Source of the DNA: the human T2T-CHM13v2.0 reference genome, Homo sapiens
Length of the DNA stretch: 64,000 bases
Assembly (NCBI RefSeq): GCF_009914755.1
Contig: NC_060948.1
Strand: one strand, 5' to 3'
Below, one piece after another: positions 59,564-64,000 of this stretch. Position numbers and translations under genes: made by a program. The notes under the pieces are model-generated. The model made no database searches. It had not been told where the DNA came from and saw nothing but the letters and a program-made list of their open reading frames with translations. Every line of letters begins with the position of its first letter. Position 1 is the stretch's first letter.

Positions 59564-61668
59564 AGATCCATATTTTTTAAATGAAAAAAAATTTCAAAGG
59601 TACTCTGCTTGGTACAATAATCAAATGTATAAACTGAGGAATAAAACATAACCATGAAACCTACTTATAACTGCATATGGAAAATACAGAGGATAATTTT
59701 TTAAATAACATATTTTGAAAGCCTTAACGAGTAATTTGAAGAGCTGGCATTTGAAAGGCCTGTATGAATATACCTTCAAAGCAGCAACACAGGTTCCCCA
59801 TGAGAAAAAGCAAACACAGGGAAAATAAAAACACAAAGGTTCAATCTCTTCTGACCTTTGAAAGACACAGCACAGACAGTGGTCCTTAGGACGAAGAGCA
59901 GGAGACCCCTAATTCCGTCACCATGGCGATAGGGCATAAACATTGCTGGGTGAGGGCACAATCCACATTGTGAGGTCCAACTGCTGCCAGGAAGACAGGA
60001 GTGCTTTTACATAGACCGAAAGGTCATTGAAGGCTCAGAGTTTTGTTTCAAGAACTGAATCCCAAGCCCACACGTTATTAGGCTGCGCTTCTTAAAACAA
60101 GTTATGAGATGGGAAAAAGGGCACCCACAAACATACGTATACATTATGTATATAATAATATACAGTATCATATATATAATATATATAACCTATGTATAAT
60201 ATTGTTTTACATCCTGCATCTTATGTTATATATATTGTATAAAATATAATAATTGATAATATATAAGTTTTATAATTATACAATATGACCTATAGAATAT
60301 ATTATAATTTATGACATATATAATATATGTTATATATCATATATAGAATATATTATACGGTTAATATACGTATTAAATATAAATTATACATTATATATAT
60401 TATATATAATATATCTGTTATATATAATACCCATTATGCATAATATATATATTATGTCTATATTATATATAGTATAAAACAACATATAATAATATATAAT
60501 TGTATATATAAAATGCGACATATAATATATATTATATTTATTAACATATGTAATATATATTATATATTATATATAATACGTTGTATGTATAATACCTATA
60601 TTACATATATATTATATGACTATGTTATTAATTACATGTCACATGTGTTATATATTATATATTTCACATAGAATATACCGGTTACATATAATATATACCA
60701 TGTTACCTATAATGTATAATTTATTACATGTAAAATAAAGAATGCAATATATTATGAATAATTTATAATATACAATACGTGGAATGTGATATATGTAACA
60801 TATAATATATGATATATGATATACAGTATATGATATATAACATACAATATATGATTCCTAATATATATGGTATACAATATATATTTTATGATATGTATTC
60901 TATATGTTTTATATTCTGTTATATATAACTATTTGAAATTATATATAACTGTATAATATTTTATGTAAATATGTAATATAATATATATAACTATATAATA
61001 TATTATATATAACTATATATTATGTTATATATACTTTTATAACATAATTTACATAAAATATCATAACATAATATATATTATATTATTTCATATTACATAA
61101 TATATATTACATATCACCCAATATAACTAACATACATAATATTATAATATAGATTATATTATGTTATATTAAATATCATATATATCTTGTATCATATATT
61201 CTATAATATATATTACACATTATATAATATGTATGTTGTCTATTATGTGATATATATAACTATATATATAATTATATTTTTATACATATAACTAGATAAA
61301 CATGTAATTCTACATATTTTCATTTATAATATGTAGAATTATATAATCATATATAATTATTTATATTCTATAAAAAATTTTATCATTATATAAATTATAA
61401 TATATAAAAATTATAATATGTACTACAAATATATATATTATATATCATATATGATATAGTACCTTTGTTATATATCATAATACATATAAATGTGTATTAT
61501 GTTATCTATAATTATATAATTTCATATATAAGATGTATAATATGTATCATATATTATATATGTTATGTAATATATATAGTATATATAAGATGACACAGGA
61601 TAAATATTATATACTATGACATATAAAATATATCAGGTTATATGTTACATATAAGGCATAGCACATAA

Positions 61669-61983
<315 letters not shown>

Positions 61984-64000
61984 AGATCCATATTTTTTAA
62001 ATGAAAAAAAATTTCAAAGGTACTCTGCTTGGTACAATAATCAAATGTATAAACTGAGGAATAAAACATAACCATGAAACCTACTTATAACTGCATATGG
62101 AAAATACAGAGGATAATTTTTTAAATAACATATTTTGAAAGCCTTAACTAGTAATTTGAAGAGTTGGCATTTGAAAGGCCAGTATGAATATACCTTCAAA
62201 GCAGCAACACAGGTTCCCCATGAGAAAAAGCAAACACAGGGAAAATAAAAACACAAAGGTTCAATCTCTTCTGACCTTTGAAAGACACAGCACAGACAGT
62301 GGTCCTTAGGACGAAGAGCAGGAGACCCCTAATTCCGTCACCATGGCGGTAGGGCATAAACATTGCTGGGTGAGGGCACAATCCACATTGTGAGGTCCAA
62401 CTGCTGCCAGGAAGACAGGAGTGCTTTTACATAGACCGAAAGGTCATTGAAGGCTCAGAGTTTTGTTTCAAGAACTGAATCCCAAGCCCACACGTTATTA
62501 GGCTGCGCTTCTTAAAACAAGTTATGAGATGGGAAAAAGGGCACCCACAAACATACGTATACATTATGTATATAATAATATACAGTATCATATATATAAT
62601 ATATATAACCTATGTATAATATTGTTTTACATCCTGCATCTTATGTTATATATATTGTATAAAATATAACAATTGATAATATATAATTTTTATATTTATA
62701 CAATATGACATATAGTATATATTATAATTTATGACATATATAATATATGCTATATATCATATATAGAATATATTATACGGTTAATATACGTATTAAATAT
62801 AAATTATACATTATATATATTATATATAATATATCTGCTATATATAATACCCATTATGCATAATATATATATTATGTCTATGTTATATATAGTATAAAAC
62901 AACATATAATAATAAATAATTGTATATATATAATGCGACATATAATATATATTATATTTTATGACATATGTAATATATATTATATATTAGATATAATGCG
63001 TTGTATGTATAATACCTATATTAAATATATATTATATGACTATGTTATTAATTACATGTCACATGTGTTATATATTATTCATTTTACACAGAATATACCG
63101 GTTACATACAATATATACTATGTTACCTACAATTTATAATTTATTACATGTAAAATAAAGAATGCAATATATTATGTATAATTTATAATATACAATATGT
63201 GGAAGGTGATATATATAACATATAATATATGATATATGATATACAGTATATGATATATAACATACAATATATGATACCTAATATATATGGTATACAATAT
63301 ATATTTTATGATATGTATTCTCTATGTTTTACATTCTGTTATATATATCTATTTGAAATTATATATAACTGTATAATATTTTATGTAAATATGTAATATA
63401 ATATATATAAAAATATAATATATTATATATAACTATATATTATGTTATATATACTTTTATAACATAATTTAAATAAAATATCATAATATAATATATATTA
63501 TATTATTTCATATTACATAATATATATTACATATCACCCAATATAAGTAACATACATAATATTATAATATAGATTATATTATGTTATATTAAATATCATA
63601 TATATCACGTATCATATATTCTATAATATATATTATACATTATATAATATGTATGTTGTCTATTATGTGATATATATAACTATATATATAATTATATTAC
63701 TATACATATTACTAGATAAACATGTAATTCTACATATTTTCATTTATAATATATAGAATTATATAATCATATATAATTATTTATATTCTATAAAAAATTA
63801 TATCATTATATAAATTATAATATATAAAAATTATAATATGTACTACAAATATATATATTATATATCATATATGATATAGTAACTTTGTTATATATCATAA
63901 TACATATAAATGTGTATTATGTTATCTATAATTATATAATTTCATATATAAGATGTATAATATGTATTATATATTATATATGTTATGTAATATATATAGT

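Overview
The whole 64 kb is one head-to-tail tandem array of a ~2,420 bp composite satellite: 26 complete units plus a partial one, all in the same orientation. Each unit has a ~1.55 kb AT-rich, degenerate (TA)n-like tract, a ~290 bp diverged antisense Alu with a 16 bp internal duplication, and a ~570 bp mixed-sequence segment (HSATI). The unit length, composition, predicted 2,146 bp HaeIII fragment and single MspI site match human DYZ2 / HSat1B, most likely from Yq12 heterochromatin. There are no credible genes; the ORF-track entries are the same short spurious frames recurring once per unit. I see no evidence of a new coding or defence-type system. The real information is in unit-to-unit variants. 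These show a very homogeneous 5' block, repeated two-unit (~4.84 kb) duplications, a monomer triplication, chimeric units that localise crossover points, and a central block carrying more Alu-consensus-like alleles. All comparisons were made by eye and need alignment to confirm.
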